Source of the DNA: Basidiobolus meristosporus CBS 931.73
Lineage: Eukaryota; Fungi; Basidiobolomycota
Assembly: GCA_002104905.1 (NCBI GenBank)
Contig: MCFE01000601.1
Coordinates: 1 to 54,438, forward strand
DNA length: 54,438 bases
Direction: 5' to 3'
Part shown: piece after piece, positions 33,643 through 46,400 of the stretch
Position numbering within the stretch: position 1 is the first letter of the stretch
How the letters are laid out: each line of letters begins with the position of its first letter
The notes under the pieces: generated by a model
What the model was told of the DNA's origin: nothing
What the model saw: the letters and a program-made list of their open reading frames with translations, nothing else
Databases searched by the model: none
Translations under genes and position numbers: made by a program

Positions 33643-34334
33643 GGTACAATAGGCAAAGTTACAGCTGAAATCTCAACAGAAATAAATCAGTTTGTATGCA
33701 CAAAAGGTAAGGGCATTGGTCCAGTGAGGAAGTAATGAATATCAAGACAAGGAATTAGCCAATCAATGTACACTAATGAAGGAGGTGAGCAAGGGCCCTG
33801 GATTAGAAAGTGAGAGGATTTGCACCAAACCAGTTAAAAGCCAATTTTGTATTGTTTTAATGAGGAACTTTGACCAAGTTTCTTGTGAAATCCAGCATGC
33901 AGTTTTGTTTCATGGTGTTTGCATGGTGTCCTGAAAGAACCATAACTCTTAGTTACTGGATTTAACTCAGTGGCAGCCTTTTGATGGGATCATTGCAATC
34001 ATTTTTTATAAGGATTCTGATTAGACAAAAACTACTGTAGCAATTCAATTCAGCAGAGGCACTCTGAGACTAGCTACCAAGCAATCTGTGGTATTTTCTA
34101 CAACCAATCCAGGGAAATCCAGAAACAAATGGACTTTGAATATACTGTAAATGAAGTAATTAGATCAAAGAAAGTTACTGCAACCCATGGAAGACAAAGA
34201 TAACCATTCTGAATCATTCTTGTGGATCTCAATCACCAATCAAATGTGGATCAAGTGCAAGCAGGCCATCCCTGCTCAGAGTGGAGCAAAGATCTTTATT
34301 TTGCCTTGTTGTGTGTACAGTAGTGCCAAGATAT

Positions 34335-34853
34335 TGCTGTAAGAATCTTGGAGATATTGGAAGTGATTTGGGTGGACAAGCATATTATGTAGTTTTAACT
34401 TAATGATATATTGAATGTAAAAGTAATGTTTGTACTTTTACATGTTCTTGGCACTACAAACATGTGGAAAAGGTTAAGGAAGGTCCCAAGAGCATGTGTG
34501 CAAAGTTTGGGGCTGTTTGGACAACTTTGAGAATTTTCATGTTCTGGATACCTGGTATTTTGGCAAAAATATTCTAAGTAAATCCCAACAAGGAATTTGA
34601 TCAGTATTCTCTAGGATTTGAAGGTAATCATCTAAGTGACTAAGTTAGGTAAATATTTAGGTGGAGTTACCAACTTTTACAACATTTTAGACAACTTTGA
34701 GAAAGATCACAATCTGGCTACCTGATAATTTGGTGAAAGATTCTAAGTAAATCCCAACAAGAAATTTGGTCAGGACAGAATGCTAATCAAAGAATAAGAT
34801 CTATGTGACTCAATTGGCATGCATATTTTGGTGACAACTTAATGATTACAACA
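34335..34853 (-). repeat. Copia-family solo LTR (34335-34684) followed by a more decayed partial LTR (34685-34853)
   Basis: TGCTGTAAGAATCTTGGAGATATTGG...CTTTTACAACA aligns end to end with 29063-29411. The adjacent fragment repeats AAGTAAATCCCAACAAG..TTTGGTCAG and ends TTACAACA. Confidence 0.85.
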
Positions 34854-36169
34854 TGGTGCACATGATGCAAACATTACATATTGGCACAATCATCCATGCC
34901 AACCCCATTATGTCAGATTGTACCATGATGTGCAAAATTGTCCCACATAGTGCAAAATTGTCCAGATGCAACCCAGTCCACTTGTATTTACAATGTGGTA
35001 CCCAATTGTTCTTTGCAAACACAATCCATTGCATGCCCTGACATGGTAAAATGACAAAAGTCTAATGCCATGCATCTTTATGATATGTTACAAGCCTCTG
35101 GAGCTAGAGTCTGAGTCCCATAGGTATTAAGTACCAAATACATATCTTTAGTCCTTCTGTGCTCTTACACATTATGCACAACAAAGATCCTAACTAAAAG
35201 GTAAAGAAATAGATTTTCTCCAGCAGTGTGGGTGAAACCTAGGGGCTGCTTTGCATAAAGGTGTAGAAATATGCTCCATGCTCTGTGGCCAACTACTGGT
35301 CTGCTTTGCCTCTGTAGAGCACAATGCCACTATTTGGCACTCATGGCTTAATGTGGCAATATACAATGGAACAAGTCTAATCTATTAAAATAGCAACTGC
35401 ACCTCATTTCAGTATCAATGTTTGTATGAGATATCAGCAAACTTGCTAATACTGATGGTAGTGATATTGTGATAGCCATATGCTGCTATTCCACTAGATG
35501 TATTGTACTTGCTACATTCTCATTTGCCTCAGCATTAAAGTTAGCCTGTGGATCCACAGATATTTTCAATTGACTGCTACACTGAGAGCATGAGGCATCT
35601 GAACTATTACCTCCAGTTTGCACACATTTTTGGGCTGCTTGATATGCTAGGCTTGGGGGAAATTAGAACAGTGTTATTGAATTCTTAATTTTGCAACAAC
35701 ATAACCTTCATTTTGTTGAGACACACACAAAACCAAAATGTCCAGTAAACCTTATTTATACTTTTCTGATATAGTTGAACTAACAAGCACCAATAGACTT
35801 GATTAAACAAAATCCGCTTGGGTGCTTGATAGGTGCATAAGATAAATGAAAATTGCATCATCAATCAGCTGATGTCATGGCAACTGCCAAGTGGCAAGAT
35901 AGATCTCATACTAGTCATCACTTGGAAAGACCCAGCAGATCAGTTGAGAACATAATGACCACATAAGAATTAATCAGGTGTGATGGCTCAAAATAGATTC
36001 TGAGAAGTGATAAACAAAAACATAGTTGGTATGAGAAATGTTTGGTTTAGGGAAAATCAGCTAGGATATAAGATTTCTAATGGAGTAAAGTTGGCTAAGT
36101 TTTAAATGTTGATGCACAACATTACTTTCAACCCATAAGATGTGATCATTGATATCATCTGGGTTCTCT

Positions 36170-38400
36170 TGCAGCTCTAATACTAATCAATAATGGTACA
36201 TCAACAAAGCTAATGTAAGGTTTCATGGTGCTGTGTTTTGCATCATTACCTTTCTATTTGACTAAGAAGACAATTTGGTTGTTCACAATAATTACCCACA
36301 ATAGCTTTACCTTCATAGGATTCTGAAGTTACTGGGTCTTGAGATATAGCTCTGAGTGAAGAAGGTGGAGAGTGCTTAGGTAGCAGTGCTTCAGTGCTGT
36401 CTTGAAGTACATAGTATCCTCTTGTAGTGTGTCTGGCAACTATGAATGCACCTTCACAATTGGGGTCAAGTTAGATTGTTGGATTGGATCTAGTATCATA
36501 ACATATGACCCATATAGGAAGCTGCTATCCCTGTGCCCTAAGTGTATATTTAAGTCATCTTTTGCTATGAGGCTTCACTACAGGCACTGATTGCAAGGTA
36601 GACAATGTTGGTTAGGTACCTCATTTGGTTCATTAGCCTTTCTTTATTGAAATTTGCTAACTCTGTATTCTGAAAGTCTCCAAAGTGGTTGAATCTTCTT
36701 CCAAACACAAAAGAAAATAGCATTGATTCATAGAGAGCATCAATTTTGGTGTTGATAGTATTCTGTTCTGTAGTAATGTACTTGTCCCAGTTCTTTGTGC
36801 TACATTTGATAGACTTCCTGATGATGCACATTGAGGTCTGGATGTCAGTCAGCAAGTCTCTTAGCTTTGAATAATATGGAGTGATCAGATGGTGGTCAAT
36901 GGCTCCATTCTAGTAAAGAGCTTTGTTCATGGGATTCACAAATTCTGTTCCATCATCCAATTGAATGCCTATGGGTAATTAACAGATGCAGAAGAGCTTG
37001 CATGGATGGGACTCAAAGGGTGAAATCCATGGCAGCTGGTATTATAAAGTTGATGTTCACTGCAAGACTTAACAAGTTCTTAGCAGTCCACTTTGATAGT
37101 TGTCTAATGAAATCCATGAGAGCATGTAGCCTCCTTATAGGTGTGTCAGCTCCAGAGCAGCCAAGTATATGGCTGCTCTGTATCAACATTTTCCTTTCAT
37201 CTCCAGGTGGCATTTTCCAAGTTGCCAAATCTGGCTGAGTAGTTTTTTTGGAAGCTGTAGTTAGATAACTGACTTTATCATTTATCACATGTCCCTCCCA
37301 AGGTGAAGATGGAAAAAGTGCTGAAGGTAATCAGCTAGGATAGTTGAGAATTCCTGGACAATGGATAACTGTATATTCATAAGCAAGAAGAGAATTAATT
37401 CAGTTGGTTAGCATTGGAGTCAGAGTCTTTTGAGTGTGGATGCAGACAAGGGCTTGGTGGTCAGTGTAGAAGGTAAAAGGGTTACCGCATATATATTGAA
37501 GAAACTTCTTCTAGACAGAGACTATGGCAAGTAGTTCCTTGTCAGTGTCAGAGTGGCTTCACTCAGCCGGTTGTAGGGATCAGGCCTGGAAAGAGATCCA
37601 GTGAGGTGGACTTTGGCTTTCATCATGACTGGGGACTGCTCCTAGCCACAACATCATTACATGCATAGTGTATGTACAGCTAACAACAATGTCATGATCA
37701 GGATGATCAGGGCTATGGTGTAATGTATCCAGAGAGGCACTCAATGAGAACATAGGTAGTGTGTCTCCCTGGAAAAGTTGAATACTCCAAGATAATGTTG
37801 AAGTTATTTAGCACTTTTGGGTTTTAGCCATTCAAGAATACAGACCAGTTTGAAAGGGTCTAGCTGATGGCCAGCTAGTGCAACTATTAATCCAAGTAGA
37901 TTGATTTTGAGGCAAGCAAAACTGCACTTAGCAGCATTGATTAATCAGCCAAGCAGCTGTCAGCCTCTTGATTACATAAGTGACATGAGTTGCATGATCT
38001 TCACAGTTTGAGGAAAATACAATGACATCATCAGCAAATAATACGGCATATGGTGCATTTGTACATATTATAGTGATGACCCCCTAAAGCTTGCTGGTAT
38101 GTGTTTTTAGGCCAAAGGGAGCTCCTTGAAACATCCATAGCATATTATTCCAAGTAAAGGCAGTCTTATGCTAATGATCAGAATGTATCTGGAATTGATG
38201 TTATCCATCCTTCAGGTCCAGCTTGAACAGTGTCTTGATCATATTGACACCCTTGATCTTTCAAGATCTGGCCAAGTCAAGTTGGCTACAAATCCTCAGT
38301 TCCTTCTGAAAAGTTCTACCATATTTTAGCAACTTCTTGAAAGCTCCAAGTCAATGTTACACAATGGAATACTCTATACAACTTCCCATTGAAATTCATG
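36170..38400 (-). mobile_element. Heavily decayed Ty3/Gypsy chromovirus pol (RT-RNase H-integrase-chromodomain)
   Basis: Across stops and frameshifts: LFKLDLKDG, KTAFTW, PFGLK, LFADDVIVFS (RT); KELLAIV..FYTDHQAL (RNase H); LITPYYSK..WDKY..FGRRFN, GYYVLQDST (integrase); YEGKAIV..FLVK*KG..STMKP (chromodomain, ~36175-36318). Confidence 0.8.
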
Positions 38401-38649
38401 AAGTTCAGTAGTATATATGGTAGCTGTGTATCATATGTCCTAATCATATGATCTGCAAACACCTAGTATATCCCTGTGTGATATTATAGTCTGTACTTTA
38501 GTGTAATTCTATCTTAGCATACCTATTGTGCTTCACCCTATAACCCAACCAGTATTAGCCCTATTGGGAGCTTCAAATAGGTTAAGCAAGGCCAAATATT
38601 TTCCACACACCAAGTAAGATACAGTAGAGGATGGATAAAGTTGTGGCAG

Positions 38650-39490
38650 TGATATATGTGTCCAGCTTTATGCTTGTATTATAGCCACTCAAATCCCATC
38701 ACAAATTCCTTGCAAAAAAGCAGTAGATGCATTACTTGGCATTGCTGATCCACCTATGGACAAATATTCCTATATTGTCAATATATGACTCCCAATGCCT
38801 TCAATGTATTCTTTGTAGAGATGGCTTCAGTAGGCCACTTGAATAAATAGATATTCAGTGCCTCTGGTTATTGCATATGTATTAATGTATATGTGTAGGA
38901 ATATTGAGTGGAGCCTGTGATAAATACTTTGAGTAGCAGATACTCTTTAATATTGTGAAAATTCTAATAAGTTGCTCTGGTATCTCAAAATACTCATTCA
39001 CCATGAAATAACCCATGTACAACTTGGTCATTAGTTTGGGCATATTGTTGAAAACAAAATGCATTGCTCCAAGTGGAAAGCTTTTGCTCCAACAGATACC
39101 CACTATCTTAAGTATCTCTGGTTTCTGATCAATTCCATATTTTGGCAACTATCTTAAGTATCTCTGGCTTCCAATTAATTCCATATTATGGCCAATGGCT
39201 TAATGCTTGCTAACTTTGCTGCAATTGCATGCTGACTTCTGTATGTTGCCACTGCCAGATGATGACGTTTTTGAGTTAGTGTTTGGATAGTAATAATGTG
39301 TGTGAGTTAAGAAGTAAGTCCCTGGATCTCATGCATTTGACAGCAATACTGCTCATTGTGCCCTGAAAAACTGGCTATCTTGCTGATGCCAGGGGGTATC
39401 TCCAGTGCAGATAATAATATGTGCTTTGATACAATTGCCATTTATTAGTATCCTGCTGGAATGTATACAAGATTTATCAGCAATAGATAC
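38650..39490 (-). mobile_element. CACTA/EnSpm-type transposase remnant
   Basis: KAHIIICTGDTP-(frameshift)-GISKIASFSGHNEQYCCQMHEIQG and WSKSFPLGAMHFVFNNMPKLM match the CACTA motifs GDxPAxxKxxGxxGH and PxDxMH. No termini seen. Confidence 0.7.
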
Positions 39491-39513
39491 AGGTAACTGT
39501 CCAGGTTAGACAC

Positions 39514-40169
39514 TATAGTGGGGTCACAGTGACACCCACTGACAGATGTGCCCATTCCCATATTTTCTACTTCCCTGCTCCTCTACTACCCTTAGATTAG
39601 TCTTATCTCATTAGCTTTATCTGATCAGTACTTTCCCATAAGCCAGCTAACTACACTCCCTGCTTACTTAATGCATAAGTAATCCCTCACTTAATGTAAA
39701 TTGATGTATGTAATGCTACTATATCAGGCAGGTATGTTTGCCAGGATTCATGACACATGATTAAATCTTGTCACCATCCCTACCATTTTCATCCCATATA
39801 TGGTATCCCTATGCTACACAGATCTCAGAATATTGATCCTCAATTGGTTGAATGTTCTTTTCCTCCTAGAACCATCATGCATCTACTTAGAGCACTCTTA
39901 GCTCATTCTGGTATCATTAAAATCTCAATTGACCTCCAGACATCTGCAACACCATGATTAATAATCACTTAGCCAGCAAGAAAAATAAATAAGGGAGGCA
40001 AACTTTCATTAATTAAATTATCATCCCTTTTATTAATATATCCATTTGTTGCTTAGTGTGCTCACTGCTACCTGCTGCTACCTGGACTTTCAATCCCAGA
40101 CCACAGGAAACTCCCAGGAAACTACACTGACAGCCAACTGACCTTTGAGGCACTACTTGTGAGGAATAC
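39514..40169 (+). repeat. Truncated LTR of the Gypsy-A/B family in opposite orientation
   Basis: TATAGTGGGGTCACAGTGACACCCACTGACAGATGTG...GAGGCACTACTTGTGAGGAATAC is the diverged reverse complement of ~40820-41485. Confidence 0.85.
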
Positions 40170-40409
40170 CCACCATATATGTCCTTTGCAGCCTGGGTAG
40201 AAAGGGTTCCATGGCTTTATCAAAGAAAACCTGCAGAAAAGTCTTAGTTAGCATCCATCAGGAGACTGCTATGATACCATCAGCTTAGAACTAATGACCA
40301 TCTAGTCAATCTTATAATGGGATTACATTGATGCTTGGCTAATTTTACAGCTAAATAAAGATGAAAAGCATATTAGTGTTTGTATGGTATTTTGCTTAGG
40401 GTGGGGTGG

Positions 40410-43400
40410 TGTGGTGGTGTATAGATCCAAGGGAGAGATACATCCAGCACTTCTCAAGTGCTTTTGTGTGTGAGGTGTTCACTGGGTGCTATAACCTCTG
40501 GCAAAAGCTTGCTAGAATACTTGGGTTCTGTCTCTAATCTAATGTGAAGGGGAATAAAGTCACAAGCTTGTCAAGGGAAAACTATTGAACTACAATCCCC
40601 AACTTAGTTGGCATCTTACCAAAAGTATGTGCTGGGTTCAGCAACCTTTGAGATGACAATGAACCAAAGCTTCCAAAGTCAAAACAATCTGTAAACTCCA
40701 CCTGCAGGGACTTGATAAGAATGCAGCTGTGGTCAATAGTTACAGAGACAGAAAAGTATCTTTGCCTGTACACGGACAAACCTGGGAAAGAATCAAATAT
40801 AATAAAAGATACCTACTCTGAGTATTCCTCACAAGTAGTGCCTCCAAGGTCAGTTGGCTGTCAGCACAGTTTCCTGAGAGTGTCTTGCAGTCTGGGGTTG
40901 GAAGTTCAAGTAGCAGCAGGTAGCAGTGATCACACTAATGCAACAAGTTGGTATATTGATAAAAGGGATGACGATTTATTGTTGAGGGATAGCCTCCCTT
41001 ATATACTTTTCTCAACTGGCTAAATGATTACTAATCATGGTGTTCCAGAAGGTTCCAGATATCAATAGAAATCTTCAATGACATCAGAATGAGCTAAGAA
41101 TGTTCTAAGTAAGTGCTGGAAGGTTCTAAGAGGCACAGCACATCCAACCAATCAGGAATAAGTAGGCTGAGACCTGCATAACTTAGGGATACCATATATG
41201 GTATGGAAATGGTAGTCATGGTGATACAGGTTGATCATGTGTCACAGGTACTGGCGCGGGTACTTGCCTAATATAGAAGCACTTATAGCTGGTAATCTTA
41301 CATAGAGTGAGGGGTAACCTATGCAAGAAGGTAAGCAGGTGTGATAGTCAACCAGCTTATGGGATAGTACTGATCAGCTAAGACAAATGGGATAAAACTA
41401 AAATAAGTGTAGTAGAGATATAGGGAAGTAGAAAATATGGGAATGAACACATCTGTCAGTGGGTGTCACTGTCACCCCTACTACATCCACCCCCCTCCCA
41501 GCTTTGTGCTTGGGTCAAAGCAAACTAATCTTGACGTGCAAAATTCCTATGCCTGAATAATTTAAGTTGTTTTCCTGCAACTTGGTGCTCTCAACTGGGT
41601 GTTGTCAAGCTTGGATATGTAATAACTTCCATTTCCAATCACTTTGGAAATGAGGGAGGGGCCAGTCCATTTGTTGTCAAACTTCCAACTCCACTGCTTG
41701 TCCAAGGCGGAATCATAGAGTAATACTGGGTCTCCTAGTGATAGTGGTTTTGGTCTTGTTGGGTGTGATTTGTCAAAGAGCACCTTGTTCTTCAGTTGTG
41801 TATCCTTAAGTTGATCAGCTGCTCTGCTGATATTCAAGTCATGATGATCAAGTTGCTGTATGCAAGTTGCAAGGAGGTCTTCAGTCTGCATATTGGATCT
41901 CCAATTCAATGAGTTCCAGGTAACAGTGTTTTACTCAACTGGTAGTATGCAGTCATGTCCATAGAGTAGCTTGAAAGGCAATAATCCAGTTGTTCTCTTG
42001 GTGGTGATTCTATCTGCCCAGAGTGCAAGATGTAATTGCTGTGGCCACAGTGTTGTGTTATTCTCACAGGTCTTGACAAGAGAGCTCACCAATGGCTCTT
42101 GTTAGGCAAGGCTTGAGCCTCTGCCCATCTACTAAGGTCATCTCTAGCAAAAATCAGGTACTTTTTTGATCCAGCTGTTGGCATGTGAACAAGGTCAATA
42201 CCAACCATTTGCCATAGACATATTGTGTAACAAGGTTGCAGTGGTTCTTCATAACACTTGGAGGATCTCTTCTGGCAGGCTACACATGACTCAACAAAGT
42301 GTTGAATAACATAGTACAAGTTTTCCCAGTAGTACCTCTGAGCTGTGGTATTGCAGGGGGCTTCTTGTCCTCTATGTCTTCTGGTTCTCCTTGGTGGATA
42401 CTTGTTGTGATGTTCAGTTGCTCTTGTGGGGTAGTGACTACTCTTCTTGGCATAAGTCCAGGCTTCACTTGTTTAAAGAGAAGATCATCTTTGAGATAAT
42501 AGTGGTGTGCCTTCTTTCTGAGTTTCTAAACTCCTGAATTTCCATCCAACTAGGTTTCTTGAGTGTCCTTAGATATTCCTTGATCAGGCTCCAGGTAGTT
42601 CTCTCATGGTCTTTGATGGCAACCTGTTGGATCTCTGCATCAATCATATCATCAAAGTCAGGGTCTAAGTCTTCAAATAATTGTGGTCCCTTCCAGGAGA
42701 GTGCATCAGCCACAACATTTGTCTTGCCAGGGATATGTCTGACCTTAAAGTCAAACATTTTCAGCCATGCCATCCATTGGTTTGTGGCATCATCAGGTAG
42801 GTCAGGCTTGTTGCTCATTCTCATAAGTGGCTTGGCATCTGTCTCCAGAATGAAATGTGTCATGTAGAGTTGTGACTTCAGTTTCCTCAGCATCTTCACA
42901 ACTCCTAGTAGCTCTCTCTTAATCTGTGAGTATCTTTGCTCTCTAGCAGAGAATAGGCAGTTCTCATATCTGCGGGCATAGCGGTTGCCATCTTCATCAT
43001 CTTGGCCAAGTAGTGCTCCAGCTCCTATAGGGCTTGCATTCACTGTCAAAATAGGTGGGCATTCAGTGTTCTGATAGTCAAGAGGTATTAGAACTGGTGG
43101 AGATACTAAGGCCTCTTTCAGTACTAGCATGGATTCTACTTGTTCTTCTCCCCAGATAAATGGGGTATTCTTTCTCTGTAGTTGGTAGATTGGTTCTGCT
43201 ATCTCAGAAAATCTTGGGATCCAGATCCTAAAGAACCCACAAGCTGCCACAAAGCCATGGGCTTGTGTTTGATTTGTGGGGGTAGGCCAGTTGCATATCT
43301 TTTGTGTTGTGGAGTCTCCAGGTGAACAACCAAAGGTGTTGCATTTTTGTCCAACAATGGATATCTCTGATACACCAAAGCTGCTTTTTGCACTGCCAAT

Positions 43401-46400
43401 GGTGAGTCCAGCTTCTTCAATGGCTCCTACTATGGCATCATTGTCTGATATATGGTCATAGACAAACTTTGTTACTCCAGGCATAACTTCAGTGGTATGT
43501 CATCAACAGAAACAGCAGGTCTCTCAGGTATAAGCTGATACAGCACATTCACCATGCATCTCTGGAACTGGGCCACAGAGTTTGTAGCCCCTTGGCTGAG
43601 TCTGGTCATCCTTAAAAGTCCAAATGGTGTCTGTAGTGCAAACATATCTCTTGATGTCTCATCAAGGGGTATCTGGTCATATCCTGAGTAGAGATTGTAT
43701 GTTGAGTAGACAGAGTGGCCACTAAAGCTTTCTGCAAAGGCATCAATAGATGAATGCATAGCAGCATCCCTGATAGTGTCAGCATTTGCAGGCTGCATGT
43801 CTTGAATGAATTGGAGCTTTCCATTCTTCTTTTTGGATACAAACTATCTGTTAGCATAAGGTCCATGGCAAGGTTCTAGGATACTGGCTTCTATCTCTTC
43901 TTAAGTAGGTCATGCACATCAGCTTGGAGTCCTCTGGTCAGTGGTCAAGGCTTAAATGACCAGGGTGTGTGGGGCACTGTGTGAATCTTGATAGTTTTTT
44001 CAACCAATGTCTTTAAGAGTCCCATCTCCTTGTCATTATATCAGAAGGCCTTATCATGCCTTTTCATGGTTTCTTCAAATAATAGTATCTCCTCTGATGT
44101 TAGGTTTCCATCACCAATAATAAGTTGCTTAAGTCTCTCAGGTGGAAGTTATATAACTTCTGGTGTTTCTTCTGGTGGACTAATGTAATCAGCAGGTTGA
44201 GATCCATCAGTCAAAGGTGTGAGTGATGGTCTAATCTTCTGCTCTACTGTCTTCTATTTTGTTCAAACCATAGCTGTCTGCTCCTGTATACCTATTGAGC
44301 AGCTCCAAATGTTGGGTGTATATTGTCAGGCTCCTTGTCTTCTTCTATAACAAGATGCGTCTTCTAGCAAGCAGTATGTGTCCTGTTATTGTTGGGTGTT
44401 ACACCACAGAAGGTTGACTGTAGCCCTGGTGTGGATCCTTGTATGGTGTACCATACTGACCCATTGGAATAACTGGTTATGTAGCCTTGGTACTGGTTTC
44501 CCACAGTCTACCTAGCAGAAGGTCAAAGTTTGCCTTCTGGCAGATGAAGAGGGGAAGCCAGACCTTGATTCCTTGGACCTCAAAAGGGAACTTGTGCACT
44601 ACACCATAGAGTGGACTAGATCCTGAGTTTGCATCAGTCATGTTCCATCCAATATCTCTATCAACAGGCAGTAGCTCCTTGCTTCTAAGTGTCTTCCAGA
44701 AGTCTAGCGGCATAACACAAATCTCTGAGCCACTGTCAATATGGCAGTCAACAGAGTCATCATATATGTACCCTTTCACCACAGCAGTTGCAACTGAGTA
44801 AAAGGTCTTATTTTCAGTAGTGTTGTCATCCTTTTGGTTGTCTTCATGGTTTGTCTTAGTTATATTGGTGTCCATATGTTCAACAGCTTGTTGTCTTGTT
44901 CTAAGCTGCTCATCAAAGATCTTGCTAACAGATGGGGATACACTCATAATTTCTCCAACCAACAAAGTGAGGTTCTGCTTCAGCAGCTTCTCAGCAATCA
45001 GTTGAGGGCTTGAGTAGCTTGCTATCTCTGAGGTCATCTGAAAGTGAGGCAATGGATCTAGGTTGGGCAGCATACTAGGCCTCTTGTCAATAACAACTTC
45101 AGGTTCTTCAAATTGTGGTCTTCTAAGAATGAGTTTGGCAGGTTCTTCAGGGAGGTGTCTTTTGGTAGCAAAGGCATCAGCTTCATGTTGTCTGTTGTCA
45201 GGGCTGCTTGGATTCACTGTATGAGTCCCAGTAGGGGCATCATCAGTAATCTTTCTGGTTGCTAAGTCAGATTTCTGGAAAAGGGCTCTCATCCCTCCTC
45301 TTTGGAAATTAGTGGGAATCCTTCTTCCTTCCTTGTCAGCAAGCATTCCATCAGCATCAGATTGTACTGCTCCTTCACTGAGTAGCTGACTAAGCTCTGA
45401 GCATTCTTGTCTGGCATGCTGAGTAGAGTCACACCAAATGCAGTGTCTGGGCAAAGGTCTTTGGCCCTCAGCAGCTACATCAGCTGAGCCACTAATCATG
45501 AGGGCTAGCTTTTGTAGCTGTTCAGCGAGTTGGTCAATTCTGTTGGTAGTGTAGGTCAGATTGTCAGCAACAGCACTCCTTGGCTCCTTGGTTGATTGGT
45601 CTGGCAGATTGGATGTCAGGAGTCTCATAAAGATGGAGTTTGCTTTGCCTCTAGGAGATCATGTTTCATCTCTGCAAAGCAAGAAATGCCACACTTGTCA
45701 TCCTTGGCTGCATGTAAGTCAACCTTCCTTGCCAAGTCCTGAGGAAGCACTTGTGCAAGGTAAAGTGTCATTGGTAAACTCAGTTATAGCCTGGGACTCT
45801 AGGAGTGGATTGGTCATATCTTCATACTGTTGAATGAGCTCCTCAAGTGGTAGCTTGGAAAGTCCAGTCCTTCCAAAGTGTCTGAGGTCATCAGTTCCAT
45901 AGTATATCTGGGGTCTACCATACTTGGTCTGTAGTTATGTCTTCATTAAGGCCCAGTCAGTGAGAAAGTCGCCTTGTCTGAGAAGCTTTGTGGTGATATC
46001 ATTAGTGCAATAGTAGGGGAAGTCTTCAGCCATATCTTGTTCAGCATAGACTACATATCTTGCAGAGCTTCTCCCATTCAAATATGAAGCTTTCCACATT
46101 CCTTCCATCAAACTGTGGGGCTCCATGTGAGAGTGGTAATGGCATAGAGTTCATTTTGGGCAGGTAGGTTGGTGTTGTAACCTTGATAATATTGGTAGTC
46201 TCTTTTCCATAAGTGGATAACAGCTCCAATCTTCAGGTAAATCTTGTTGGGTCCTAGGGAGCCTCTATGAACCCCCCACATTGGGTGCCAAATATGTGGT
46301 GGTGTATAGGTTCAAGGGAGAGATACGTCCAACACTTCTCAAGTGCTTTGTGTGTGGGGTGTTCACTGGGTGCAATAACCTCTGGCAAAAGCTTGCTAGG

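Noticed and set aside
39511-39520. CACTATAGTG as a CACTA terminus next to the transposase remnant
   Set aside because: It coincides with the mutated start of the Gypsy LTR fragment and abuts the middle of the transposase. No partner TIR was found.
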